Shown: positions 1 through 11,900 of the stretch, one piece after another | How the letters are laid out: each line of letters opens with the position of its first letter | Numbering within the stretch: position 1 is the stretch's first letter | NCBI RefSeq assembly: GCF_006345805.1 | Contig: NC_043008.1 | Location: 22,134,001-22,198,000 of the forward strand | DNA length: 64,000 bases | Direction: 5' to 3' | DNA from: Octopus sinensis | Taxonomy: Eukaryota | Notes under the pieces: model-generated | Seen by the model: the letters and a program-made list of their open reading frames with translations, nothing else | Database searches by the model: none | Told to the model about the DNA's origin: nothing | Translations under genes and position numbers: made by a program

Positions 1-70
1 ATCATCATCATCATTTACTACCACATGTTATATACATATATATATATAGATATATATATATATATCAATA

Positions 71-947
71 TCTATAATTCTGAAATGCGAAAAGTTTGTC
101 TCATTTTGGCATTGGAACGGGTTAAGAGGCACTAGATGGGGTCGGATTGACTCCAAAATTTACAGGGACATGTAAAATGAGGTGAGGATGAGAGTGGGCT
201 AGGTTAGAAATCCCTATCTTAAAAGGTGTGGTTACTAGGGCAAAAACCGCATACTTTAACAAGTCTCCTCCCATTCTTTTATGTGTCTGTCTTCCTCCAT
301 CTCTCTCTCTCTCTCTCTTCTTTCCTCCCTTCCTTTCACAATCTTTCTATAAAGTCGTTTGATAGCGTCTACTATCTTTCCTCCACCGCATTCAATATTT
401 TTATGCTTTTTAAACCCTTCGTCGTTATTCTCATTCACTCATTATTATTTTCTCTCTCCCGCTCTCTCTCTATCTATATATATAGAGAAAGATTCTCATG
501 ATTGTGTGGTGGTTGTGGCGATGATAATTCTCTCTATGAATGCAGACATACGTAGAGAGAGAGAGAGAGAGACGAGTGACAGCGCTGGTGAAGGTGGCAG
601 AGGAAAGATAGTAGACGCTATCAAACAACATTATAGAGAGAAAGTGAAAGGAAAGGAGAAAGTAACAATGAGTGAATGAGAATAACGATGAAGGGTTTAA
701 AAAGCGTAAAAATATATTCTTTCTCAACCTACTCAAGATCTTTTGTTGTTTATAAATGGGAGAGAGATAGATAGAGAAAGATAGAGAGTAAGAGAAAGCG
801 AGGGAAAGTCCGAGAGAAATGAAGAGTAAGAGAGTGGGAAAGGGCGAGAGAAAGGAGAGAGAAACAAAGAGGGAAAATGTGGCGATAAGAAACAGAAAGT
901 AACAACCACAACCTCACCCGTGCGTAGAGCAGGTCACCTTAAGATAG
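71..947 (+). mobile_element. Probable non-autonomous Helitron (family H0) with internal inverted repeats
   Basis: Starts A|TCTATAATTCTGAAATGCG, resembling the 5' ends of the other Helitrons here. Ends in a degenerate hairpin ACCCGTGCGTAGAGCAGGT (916-934) then ATAG|T (CTAG variant). Confidence 0.5.
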
Positions 948-979
<32 letters not shown>

Positions 980-1007
980 AAAAAGGAGATGTGGAACACG
1001 AGTTGTG

Positions 1008-1300
1008 ATATATAAAAAAGGAAATGAAGAAAATGCTGACAAAATAATTTAAGTAATTTAATTAGGTGAAAGTTCTTTTTACTGGTTGCGCATTTGTTAT
1101 GCTTATCAAAAGTTTTTCCTCTTATCTGACTTTATGTTGGGTTTGCTGTCTCTTATATGGAGACAGCAAACCCAACATAAAGTCAGATAAGAGGAAAAAA
1201 CTTTTGATAAGCATAACAAATGCGCAACCAGTAAAAAGAACTTTCACCTAATTAAATTACTTAAATTACTTAAATTATTTTGTCAGCATTTTCTTCATTT

Positions 1301-1314
<14 letters not shown>
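1008..1314. repeat. Long fold-back palindrome (~145-bp arms) next to (TA)n tracts
   Basis: 1008-1152 is the reverse complement of 1160-1314 apart from one extra A and a 9-bp duplication; loop TTATATG. Confidence 0.95.
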
Positions 1315-1360
<46 letters not shown>

Positions 1361-1367
1361 ATATATA

Positions 1368-1736
1368 TCTATTATATAAAATCCATTCTGTCTGTCTGTC
1401 TGTGTGTCTTCTAGGATCTCGGGCATCCTCCATCCGATTGCGCTCAAATTTGATATGTAGATACCGACGTGTACAAGTCTTGAAAAAATTACCAATATCG
1501 ATTCCAGGTGAGAATGTGATTGATAAAGCCGTGGGAACGTGCATTTGTAAAATCGTTTTTCTTGGAATAGAAAAAAAAGTCTATCTTTATTTCTTCTTTT
1601 GCTGGTGTCTCAAATTGTGGTTAAATCAGTGTTTCTCAAAAGGGAGGCCTATGGGACGATAGGACAAGTTGTTTTGAGAAAATTTGGTTTAAATGTTTTA
1701 CAACTCAGTACTGTCTATTCGACGGCGGGCATTTTG

Positions 1737-1740
<4 letters not shown>
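1368..1740 (+). mobile_element. Non-autonomous Helitron (family H1)
   Basis: A|TCTATTATATAAAATCC start; 3' degenerate hairpin then CTCA|T; colinear with 9273-9732. Confidence 0.7.
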
Positions 1741-1769
<29 letters not shown>

Positions 1770-1772
<3 letters not shown>

Positions 1773-2243
1773 AGACGCAACGAAAATTTTAGAAAATAAA
1801 AATAAGAAATAAGTGGAAATTTTAGCAGTGAGTGTGTTAAATAATAAGGCACTAAAAGAGAATGACTCTCCCCAGACACAACAGAATATGCTTCAACACA
1901 CGAACTCATATAAAGAATCTTGCAAACCAAATCCAAAAACGAAATATATATTCGTTTTGCAAGATTCTTGAAGTGAAATTGTCTGTTGAAACAGATATTG
2001 TTGTATTTGGGGATGGTCATGTTGCCAGTTTACCCAATAAAACACAGGCACTATATATATTTGGTGTTAATTTGCTTCAGCTTTATTTTATTGTCACAGA
2101 AGCGGGACAAAATAACCCTGGCCGAAATACGATTAATGTAAAAAATAAAATAAAGCAGAAGCAAATTATCACCTGTGTATATATAGTGCCTGTGTTTTTA
2201 TTGGCTAAACTGGCAATATGACCATCCCCAAATACAACAATAT
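1770..2243. mobile_element. (TA)n-embedded element ending in an inverted duplication (Penelope pLTR-like, uncertain)
   Basis: ~97-bp inverted arms at 1996-2092 and 2144-2243 around a 51-nt spacer; a second homologous fragment at 41710-41850. Confidence 0.5.
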
Positions 2244-2590
2244 ATATATATATATTTATATATATATATATAATATAATACAAATGAGAAAATACATATA
2301 TAAGTGGTATATATATATATATTTATATATATATATATGCATATACACACATACATATATATATGCATATATATGTATATATATGTATATATATGTATGT
2401 ATATTATATATATGTGTATATATATATATATTATATATATATATATAATATTAATATTAGGGAAGTTATTTCTGAGTCCACAGGGAAGAGAAATTCAATT
2501 TAGTGGTACTAAAATAAATTACTCACTGTTATATAGATAGATAGATTGATAGATATGTTTGAGACAGAATCACCCTCAAGCAACTGATAG

Positions 2591-2753
2591 GTACATATAG
2601 GACTAAATATTAAAATTACCAAAATAATTACCCACAATTCTTATTCCAAATTATCAAAATTTCTACCTTCAATTTTTATTACAAATTATATGATTTGTAA
2701 TAAGAATTGTAGGTATCAATTTTGATAATTTTAATATTTAGTCCTATATGTAC
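2591..2753. mobile_element. MITE with long terminal inverted repeats
   Basis: GTACATATAGGACTAAATATTAAAATTA... mirrored by ...TAATTTTAATATTTAGTCCTATATGTAC; ~60-bp imperfect arms; TA at both ends. Confidence 0.75.
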
Positions 2754-2767
2754 ACATTGTGGAAGAT

Positions 2768-3400
2768 GTCACTCATTTGTGAGTGGATTTGGTAGATGGA
2801 AACTGAAAGAAACCCATCGTATATTTCATCATCATCATCATCATCATTTAGCGTCCACTTTCCATGCTAGCATGGGTTAGACAGTTCAACTGGGGTCTGT
2901 GAAGCCAGAAGGCTGCATCAGGCCCAGTCTGATCTGGCAGTGTTTCTACGGCTGGATGCCCTTCCTAACGCCAACCACTCCGTGAGTGTAGTGGGTGCTT
3001 TTACGTGCCACCCGCACATATTTATAAATGTATATGTTTTTCTCTGTATTTGTCCACCATTATCACTTGACAACCGATGTTGGTGTGTTTATGTCCCCAT
3101 AACATAGTGGTTCAGCAAAAGAGACCAATAGAATAAATACTATGCTTACAAAGAATAAGTCCAGGGGTCGATTTGTTCGACTAAAGGCAGTACTCCAGCA
3201 TGGCCACAGTCAAATGACTGAAACAAATAAAAGAATATATATAGGCATGGCTGTTCCATATGAAGTTTGCTCCCCAACCACATGGTTCCAGGTTCAGTCC
3301 CCCTACATGGCACTTTGGGAAAGTGTCTTCTACTATAACCCCAGGCAAACCTAAATATTGTGAGTTGATGTACTAGATCGAAACTGAAAGAATTCCATTG
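2768..3400. mobile_element. Nested SINE cluster: SINE-A interrupted by (GAT)n-tailed family B (2826-3015, minus), then a second SINE-A head
   Basis: SINE-A middle at 2768-2822 and 3' half at 3017-3232 flank a minus-strand GGAAGGGCATCCAGC element; new head at 3243-3400. Confidence 0.8.
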
Positions 3401-3609
3401 AATATGCATATATATTATATATATAATATATATATATATATGTATAATATATGTATATATGTATGTATGTATGTATATATGTGCATATATATGGATGTGT
3501 AGTGTATAAATGTATGCATGTATATATGTATGTCATCATATATAAATATATATATATATATATATAATATATATTAGAATTTTTTTCTTTTGCCCTTACT
3601 TATAAATTG

Positions 3610-3662
<53 letters not shown>

Positions 3663-3713
3663 ATATAATATATATATATAATATATATATATTATATATA
3701 TATTATATATATA

Positions 3714-3748
<35 letters not shown>

Positions 3749-4143
3749 ATATATATATATATATAATATATATAATATATAATATATATAATATATATAT
3801 ATGTAAAAAGAGACAGACAGACGGACAGATAGATATGCATATATATAAATGTTTTTATGAGAGTTTCCATTCTTCATTATAGTTCTTTTATAATAGTATC
3901 TCAATCTTTGAATTTACCATGTCTATATCTAAATCATGATATTTTAAATGCTTTTCAGTTTCTTTTATATAAATTTTATTTTTGTCTGAGAGTCATGACT
4001 TCATGTATTGTATGGAATTTGAACATTTTAAAACTTTTCTTTAGTTTTCTTCGATGTCTCTTTAGACTTGTCTGCAGTGCATTTGTTGTCTAATTGTGTG
4101 CACTAGTCTCTTTCTCTCTCCTCTGTGTGTGTATGTGTGTGTG

Positions 4144-4179
<36 letters not shown>

Positions 4180-4226
4180 GACATACTTCTATATATATAT
4201 ATATATATATGTATGTATATGTATAT

Positions 4227-4274
<48 letters not shown>

Positions 4275-4750
4275 ATAAAACTTTATATATAAAGAACGTG
4301 AAATACACAAAGTGATGAAACGGAAAACAGACAGTCATTCGAAGCCTTCATTCTTCAGTCAGAAACCAATTCATCATGGCAAATTTCGGCTGTTTAATTC
4401 TGAGATTTGCTCCAAATCGGCCAGCCCCAAGGAAAAGCTAAGCTATGGGCATTAGATTTCTTTGGTAGAAGGAAAGAATGTGAACGCAACAACAGAGACG
4501 AATAGGAAAACAAGAGACGAAGATAAAATTGGAAACAGTAACGGTTAAAAACAAGAATGACAAGGGGCGTCTTACGACTTTGAGACAAAATGAGACAAAA
4601 ATATATTACATATTATATGTTTTCTTCTATCTTTTACTTCTTTCAGTTAGTAGACTGTGCAAGGTGCCATGCATTGGGACTGAACCCAGAATCATGTGGT
4701 TGGGATGCAAACGTCTTACAATACAGTCACCAATCACTCCTGCACCTATA

Positions 4751-4803
<53 letters not shown>

Positions 4804-5114
4804 ATACTAGTTAGTTCATTTTTAGTAAGGAAGATAGATAGATAGATAGATAGCTAAGTATGTAGGTAGGCACACAGACAGACAGACAGACAGACAAACA
4901 GATAGATGGATAGATATTATATTACATTATATTATATCGTATTTCATATTATTTTATCACATTCTATTCTATTCTGTTCTATTATAAAATATTATCTCAG
5001 TGATGAAAGAAAAGACTAAACGGACCAGGAATTATTGAAATAAAGATGACATAAATTAAAAGCAAGAATTGGTTAAGAGAAAAGTCTTTTCAGAAGGCTT
5101 CACACAGAAAAATG

Positions 5115-5154
<40 letters not shown>

Positions 5155-5589
5155 TATAAATATTGTCTGTTATTTCCAGCAAAAATTGGTACTTTGTTGT
5201 GCCACTATTTCCTATATATATATCGTTGCTATTATGTTAAACTATTGTACGTCCAAATTTGGCCAAATGCGTTTTTTTGTTTGCAATATTTATTTTTGCT
5301 AGCAATAGCCAGTTTTTTTTATCAAACTGTTTACATCCAACTGCTTTAGATGTCAAGTTATCAAAAATGGTCAAAGTGTAGTACAACAGTTTTGCTTTGG
5401 ATTGGTGAAAAAGCAATGTTTTCGAGTTAGGACACTTTTACATAATAGCAATGATATATATATATATGCATTCATATATATATATATATATGCGTTTGTG
5501 TGTGCATGTGTATCTGTATATACAAATGTATGTATACATACATAGACAGAGAGACAGACAGATAGATAGATAGATATGTTTTGTGTAAT

Positions 5590-5905
5590 ATTGCTTTATA
5601 ATGCTTTCACTTAACAGCATAATATGCACAATAATATCCACTACTTACAGGATGCATCGAAACAGCTGTAAAGATCATGTAACAAATGTATGTAACAAAT
5701 GATGTAAATATATTCTAAACATCTACTAATCTGTTATTGTTTGTCCATCTGTCTTTATTGGTATTTGCTCAAGTTTTCTCTTCTAGCCAACTTAGCTGCT
5801 CCTGGAGTACATACTCTGAATAAGAAGTTAGATTTCAAGAGTTTGAACTACCTGAGCAATACTTGGGGACTACCTATTCACGTGTAAACATATTTATACC
5901 AACTA
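5590..5905 (+). mobile_element. Microsatellite-flanked element with the 3' half of a hammerhead motif
   Basis: CGAAAC-AGCT-GTA at 5658-5670; no upstream CTGANGA found. Confidence 0.4.
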
Positions 5906-5937
5906 TATATATGTATATATGTATGTATCTACATTTA

Positions 5938-5975
<38 letters not shown>

Positions 5976-6788
5976 AATGTCAGACAAGGAAAATGAGTGC
6001 TGAACACTGCACTGGTGGATATAATTTCTTTATTTGTGAACTAAAGAAGGCTGTGTTTTCTAAAATGGAGGTGAATAGCTTTCTCTATGTAATCAGCTTG
6101 AAAAATTGTTGGCACTAGAATATTTTCCTGCCTTTCTTAACATGAAACCAATGGTAGCTTCAATTGACAAATAACGAAATTATATACATATATATACACA
6201 CACATGCACACACACACACACATACGTGCACATATATATATATATATATATATATCATATGTGTGTGTGTGTGTATGTGTTCACATAGACAGATACACTT
6301 ATATGCATGCATATATATATACATATATGTATACATATTTACATGTAAATATATACAGATGGGTAAAAATTTACAAGTAAATGTATGTGTGTATATATAT
6401 ATGTATATATATATAAAATATGTGTGTATGTATGCATGTATGTGTATGTGCGTGTGCATGCATATGTGGATGCATGTGTGTGTGTATGCTTGTGTGTGTG
6501 TGTGCATAAGTGAAACAGATTTTCTCTTATATATATAAATTTAGAAGTGAAGCCTTGCTTAATACACCTATAGGATATGAATTAATTCTAATCCTGCCTT
6601 TGAAATGGTTTGAAGGGCTATGGCTATAATCCCTGAAGAAAAGATATGCATTTGACAAGCTAAATATTCCAATTACTATCAGGAATAAATTTATATTCTA
6701 ATATAAAATATACATATATATATGTGTGTAATATAATATACATACATATATGTGTGTAATATAATATACATATATATATGTGTGTGTA

Positions 6789-6824
<36 letters not shown>

Positions 6825-7147
6825 ACATGCATGTATTTTTGCAAGTCTGTGTGTAAGTACAAATATGCGTGTCTACGTGTCTACATGTGTATGTTTTGCA
6901 AATTTCTAACCAAAATATATGTATAAGTGTGAGTGCGTTTCGCTTTTTGAATTCTTTCTATAAAGAAGGAACTGGTTTGTTACAAAGAGAGAATTTTTGT
7001 TTTGCTGGATTTAAATAACAAGAAAGACGCAAGTTAAATTTTGATCATAACTGAAGATTTTGTATACGTTAGATGCTTTGGCAGCAGATCATATTTGCAA
7101 AGAACATTCTAGCTTGTCACTTTCTTTGTCTGAAAACTACAGGCATT

Positions 7148-7390
7148 TTTGGTGAGGATTACCAAATAATCTACACTGGCTCTCCATCGGTTATGGCAAT
7201 GAATGTTCCAGTGGTCAGTGGAATAGCCTGCTTGTGAAATTAACATACAAGTGGCTGAGTACTCCACAGTCACACATGCCCGTTATGTAGTTCTCAAGAA
7301 GATTCTACATGGCACAGAATGTGGTAAGGCTGGCCCCTTGAGTTCTTGCCAGCTGAGTTTCTTGGAGCAACATAAAATAAAGTGTCTTGT
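7148..7390 (-). mobile_element. CORE-like SINE (family E) fragment fused to mariner
   Basis: Homologous to 54770-54988 and to the tail of 22893-23280; contains GAGCAACATAAAATAAAGTGTCTTG. Confidence 0.7.
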
Positions 7391-7669
7391 CCTATTCACC
7401 AGATTTAGCATCTGTGGACTTTCATCTTTTTCCTGAAATGAAAATGCAGCTCAAAGGTTGCCATTTAAATACCATCGTCAAGATCCAGAGTGAATTTCAG
7501 AAGGTTCTCAAATTGCTTACAGAAAAAAACTTCCAGGCCAGATTCCCAAAGTGGCAGGAATGCTGGAATCAGTGACTATTTTGGAGGAGGTGGTGTTAAA
7601 ACTTAGGTAAATAAGTTATTTTTTTAATATAAAATGTAACTAGTCCAGAAACGTTTTGATACCACCTCG
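7391..7669 (+). mobile_element. Mariner transposase 3' remnant with right TIR
   Basis: Translates YSPDLASVDFHLFPEMKMQLKG...FQARFPKWQECW (mariner YSPDL motif); ends CTAGTCCAGAAACGTTTTGATACCACCTCG|TA. Confidence 0.9.
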
Positions 7670-7896
7670 TAATTCAACACACAATATAACACATGCACCT
7701 GGTCCTTGGGTGCATACAGCAGGGACCACCCTGTTTCAAGTATATGAATTATGTTTCCCTTTTTTTTTTGCAGGGTCTGGGATGGAACACACACACACAC
7801 ACACACACACGCGCGCGCGCACACACCACACATACACATAGAGTATGAGTGATGAGAGAAGTTTATACAGTTACATATCCTCAATATTTTTCTTGT

Positions 7897-8182
7897 GGAG
7901 GCACCTGGCCTTGTGGTTAGAGCAGCGGACTCATGGTCAAGGGATCACGGGTTCGAATCTCAGACCGGGTGATGTGTGTGTTTATGAGTGAAATATCAAA
8001 GCTCCCTGCGGCTCCGGCAGAAGGTAATTGCGAACTTCTGCTGACTTTTTCGCCACAACTTTCTCTCACTCTTTCCTCTTGCAGATCACCTGCGACGGAC
8101 TGGCATCCCATTCTGGTGGGGAACCTATATGCCAAGGAAACTGGCCCTGATGAGCCAGGCATGGCTCGAGAAATAACAAAAA
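7897..8182 (+). mobile_element. tRNA-derived SINE with V-domain-like core (family D)
   Basis: A-box TGGCCTTGTGGTTAG, B-box GGTTCGAATCTC, core CCTGCGACGGACTGGCATCCCA; paralogous to 38900-39204 and 48421-48722. Confidence 0.8.
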
Positions 8183-9272
8183 AAATTTTTTTTTCTTGCC
8201 AACAAAATATCAACAGGTTACTCCAGAATGTGACAGTACACCAAGACAATGACAGAGACAACCATTAACTAAGATATGAATGGTGAGGTGGGTAGGCTGC
8301 AAGATGAGGAAGAAAGGGTGGAAAGTACTGGAAAGATTGTCTGAGATTAGACGTCTTAATTGAGAACACATTTCAATATATATATATATATATATATGTA
8401 CACACACACACATATACATATGCATGTATGTATTTATCAGCATGATCAACACGTCTCCATACTAAGAAATGGGGAAACTAAAAATTGTTTTCTGCCAAGT
8501 ACATTAAGAACACCTGTTGACGAGATATAGTTAGTCTCTGCAATAATGGAGATAATGGAAGCTTAACAGCTAGTCTTTGTTTTTATTTTTGTTTTTGCAT
8601 TTCCTGCCACCCATTGACAATAGAGATGTTACGATATTGTCCAAACATTGATTCTTACATTCAGATAATAACACAAATACAGCATGAAAATAGTTGTTAT
8701 ATATTTGAGATGGTTGATAGCTATCACTTTGCAAGTGTCTTATTGGTAATATCATAACAAATAAAAAGGTAATTTAAAAAGCACCAAAAAAATTGAATAC
8801 ATTCTTTGGAAATGGAATGCATTCTAAAAGAAGGTATGGTGAAGAATTAATGGATATAATTGCCAATAATGTACAATAAATGAATCCAAAGACTCGATCT
8901 TTGGTAACACCATAGTGCTACAATTACTGTTATTTTTAACTATTATATAATACTGAAAGCCTTCGCAATTAGCCATTATTCTTTGCTTCAGGTTTTCCAA
9001 ACAGCAAATATTTATGGTGAGAAATGTCTAAGAAGAAAACATAATGTCTTTGACCCTTTAAAATTGTGTTCCTCAACCTATTACTCCCTCTCAGGCCTCA
9101 CTCTGACTTTCCCCCAAAAATGAATGCCCTACCAGTGGTTGGAAAAAACAACTTCATTTTTAATAACATCATATGTAAACAAATATAAGTTTGTTTTTGA
9201 AGCGATGAAATGTATTGTAGTACAAGTAGAAAGATATATTTTGCAATGTGTAAGTACTGATAGAACAGCATA

Positions 9273-9732
9273 TCTATTATATAAAATCCGTTCTGTCTGT
9301 TTGTGTGTGTGTCTTCTAGGATCTCGAGCATCCTCCATCCGATTGCGCTCAAATTTGATATGTAGATACCGACAGTATCAGGGCATGTATAAGTCTTGAA
9401 AAAATTACAAAAATCGATTCCAGGTGAGAATGAAATTGATAAAGCCGTGGGAACGTGCATTTGTACGTGCAAGTACATCAGCTGTTGCGATGTACTTACT
9501 GGTACTTCAAACTCTTCGGTTGCATATTTGTGTGAATAAAATCGTTTTTCTTTGGAATAGAAAAAAATCTATCATTATTTCTTCTTTTGCTGGTGTCTCA
9601 AATTTAGGTTAAATCAGTGTTTCTCAAAGAGGAGGCCTATGGGATAGTCAGCCAAGTTGTTTTGAGAAAATTTGGTTTAAATGTTTGACAACTCAGCACC
9701 GTCCATTGGACGGGGGGGGGGCGTTTTGCTCG
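9273..9732 (+). mobile_element. Non-autonomous Helitron (family H1)
   Basis: A|TCTATTATATAAAATCC start; hairpin CCGTCC-ATT-GGACGG then CTCG|T; no TSD. Confidence 0.75.
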
Positions 9733-9734
9733 TA

Positions 9735-9864
9735 TAGGATAAAATTCTTACAGAGTAGAAAAATCTGTCAGCAACCAGCCATGTGATTCAATTGAAGGGA
9801 TGTGAGTTCAAGTCTCATGGTTGGTTGCTGACAGATTTTTCTGCTCTGTAAGTATTTTATCCTA
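9735..9864. mobile_element. 130-bp hairpin MITE-like element
   Basis: ~50-bp arms TAGGATAAAATTCTTACAGAGTAGAAAAATCTGTCAGCAACCAGCCATG and its near-perfect reverse complement; 32-nt spacer. Confidence 0.8.
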
Positions 9865-10399
9865 TGCTGTTCTATCAGTATTAACACATTGAAAAATATA
9901 TATTTTTGTTTTAATATTTTATCACAATTATTTGATGCAAAAGAATCTATTGGTAACTCTTTTACTAAATACTGAGTACAAAAGAAGCCAGAGCAGGATT
10001 TTAACCCAAAGCTCTAAGAACTGGAAGAAATATTGCAAAGCTTATCACCTTATGATATAATGATTGATCTACTCTGCTGCATTAGTCTCAATCTAAGAAT
10101 TTTTCAATCTGAGAAGGATGTGAGATGAATTTGACTTTGCTGGGTTTGAACCCACAACGCAAAAAGACAGGATAATTACCACACAGCATTTCATCCCGTA
10201 GCCTTATTGACTCAGCCAGGGTTGAAGAGAGAGACAAGCTGTCTTGGGAGAAGAAAATATCATTGATTAATTAGAGTTAATTTTGTTAGGTTCTGTTACC
10301 AATTCTCTCCAGTAACAGACTTCTGAAAATCATAAGAATGTGGCATTAAGTTATGAAAGTATTAATTAATTATCCTTTCTGCTATAAATAGAAGGCCTG

Positions 10400-10600
10400 A
10401 AATTTAGGTGGGAGGGGCTGCCAATTCCATTGACCCCCAGTGTTTGACTGGTACTTATTTCATCAACCCCAAAAGGATGAAAGATAAAGTCAACAATAAT
10501 GGAATTTGAACTCAGAATGTAAAAGCAAATGAAAAACAAAAACAGGTTCCAATAAGCAGTTTGCCAAGTATGCTAACGATTCTCTTAGCTCGCTGCCTTA
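10400..10600 (-). mobile_element. Meta-like SINE (family C)
   Basis: Reverse complement of GACTTT(A/G)CCTTTCATCCTTTCGGGGTCGATAAAATAAGTACCAG; assignment to the MetaSINE domain is from recall. Further copies at about 12490-12640, 12920-13170, 18170-18270, 25560-25745, 26700-27060, 40145-40355, 46900-47130, 56860-57030 and 61585-61800. Confidence 0.75.
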
Positions 10601-11225
10601 ATTCATTATGAAAGGATTAATTAAGTTCAGTTTGTTGGTAAATTATTTAATTATATGAGCAGCATATTGTATTCCTAGATTGCAATTAGTAGTCTCAATG
10701 CTTAGACTTATTACCTTTGAAATGTGTAGGGAGCCTCTACATAGTCATTCAGCCAACTAGAAATAGCTGTCAAAACCTTTCTCAACTCACACATGCTGGG
10801 ACATGATGGCTAATGTGGTCTTGGGTTCCTAGCACATAGGGAAAAGATGAAATGGTTATGGTTGGAATGCCTTTCGTTATAAATATTTGGAGACATCCTA
10901 GGGTTAAACAGCAATAACAGTAGCCAGTGAGGTATATTCTTTATGTTAGTTAACCTGCTAGAAGTAGTAGCCAAATCTCAAATCATCACAGTCTGCCATC
11001 TTAGGGAAAGACAGAAGATATCAAATAAAGTACTCCTAGATACACTATTCTCAAAAGCAAATCAGAATGGTTTACAACCAGGCAGCTTTTGATCAGATGT
11101 TGGCTCAGCTGGAGCAGAATATGCAAAGGAGTACTCCATCTTCACTTACACATATAATGGCAAGAAACCCATCACCACTAAAACAAAAGAAACATTATTT
11201 TCAAACATCATTTTCAAACCACATA

Positions 11226-11900
11226 GACGCAGGAGTGGCTGTGTGGTAAGTAGCTTGCTAACCAACCATATGGTTCCGGGTTCAGTCCCACTGCGTGGCA
11301 CCTTGGGCAAGTGTCTTCTACTATAGCCAAGACTTTTGGCAAAAGACACATGCCCAAGGTGCCATGTAGTGAAACTGAACCTGGAACCCTGTGGCTGAGA
11401 ATCACCTTTAAATTTAAACTGGAAATTCGTCCTGAATTTTTGCAACAGAAAGGATGCAGTGAAAAGCAACTCAAGGCCAAAGGATAACAAACCATTTCAC
11501 AGATTAAATCAACCAGCCATGCACAAGAATGGTTCCTCCAATAAATCTTCCACAGTTTCCTGTTTACCAAAATTCACTTACAAGCCCTGGCCATAATACA
11601 AAGCCTTGTGAGTGGATTTGGTAGACGGAAACTGAAAGAAGCCTGTCGTATATATATGTATATATATACATGTATGTGTGTGTTTGCGTGTCTGTGTTTG
11701 TCCCCCTAGCATTGCTTGACAACCGATGCTGGTGTGTTTATGTCCCTGTTACTTAGTGGTTCGGCAAAAGAGACCGATAAAATAAGTACTGGGCTTACAA
11801 AAGAATAAGTCCCGGGGTCGAGTTGCTTGATTAAAGGCGGTGCTCCAGCATGGCCGCAGTCAAATGACTGAAACAAGTAAAAGAGTAAGAGTAAAAGAGA
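11226..11900 (+). mobile_element. Full-length SINE-A carrying a ~270-bp insertion
   Basis: Head GACGCAGGAGTGGCTGTGTGGTAAG, B-box GGTTCAGTCCC, CORE-like GGCACCTTGGGCAAGTGTC, internal (TA)/(TG) linker, GAGTAA tail; insert at 11329-11598. Confidence 0.9.

Noticed and set aside
4290-4590. Hammerhead at minus-strand CTGAAGA (~4362-4368)
   Set aside because: It is followed by GAAT rather than GAAA, and no convincing stem I forms.
8800-9060. Decayed GPCR-like peptide on the minus strand
   Set aside because: Stop density is close to random for AT-rich DNA and there is no diagnostic motif.
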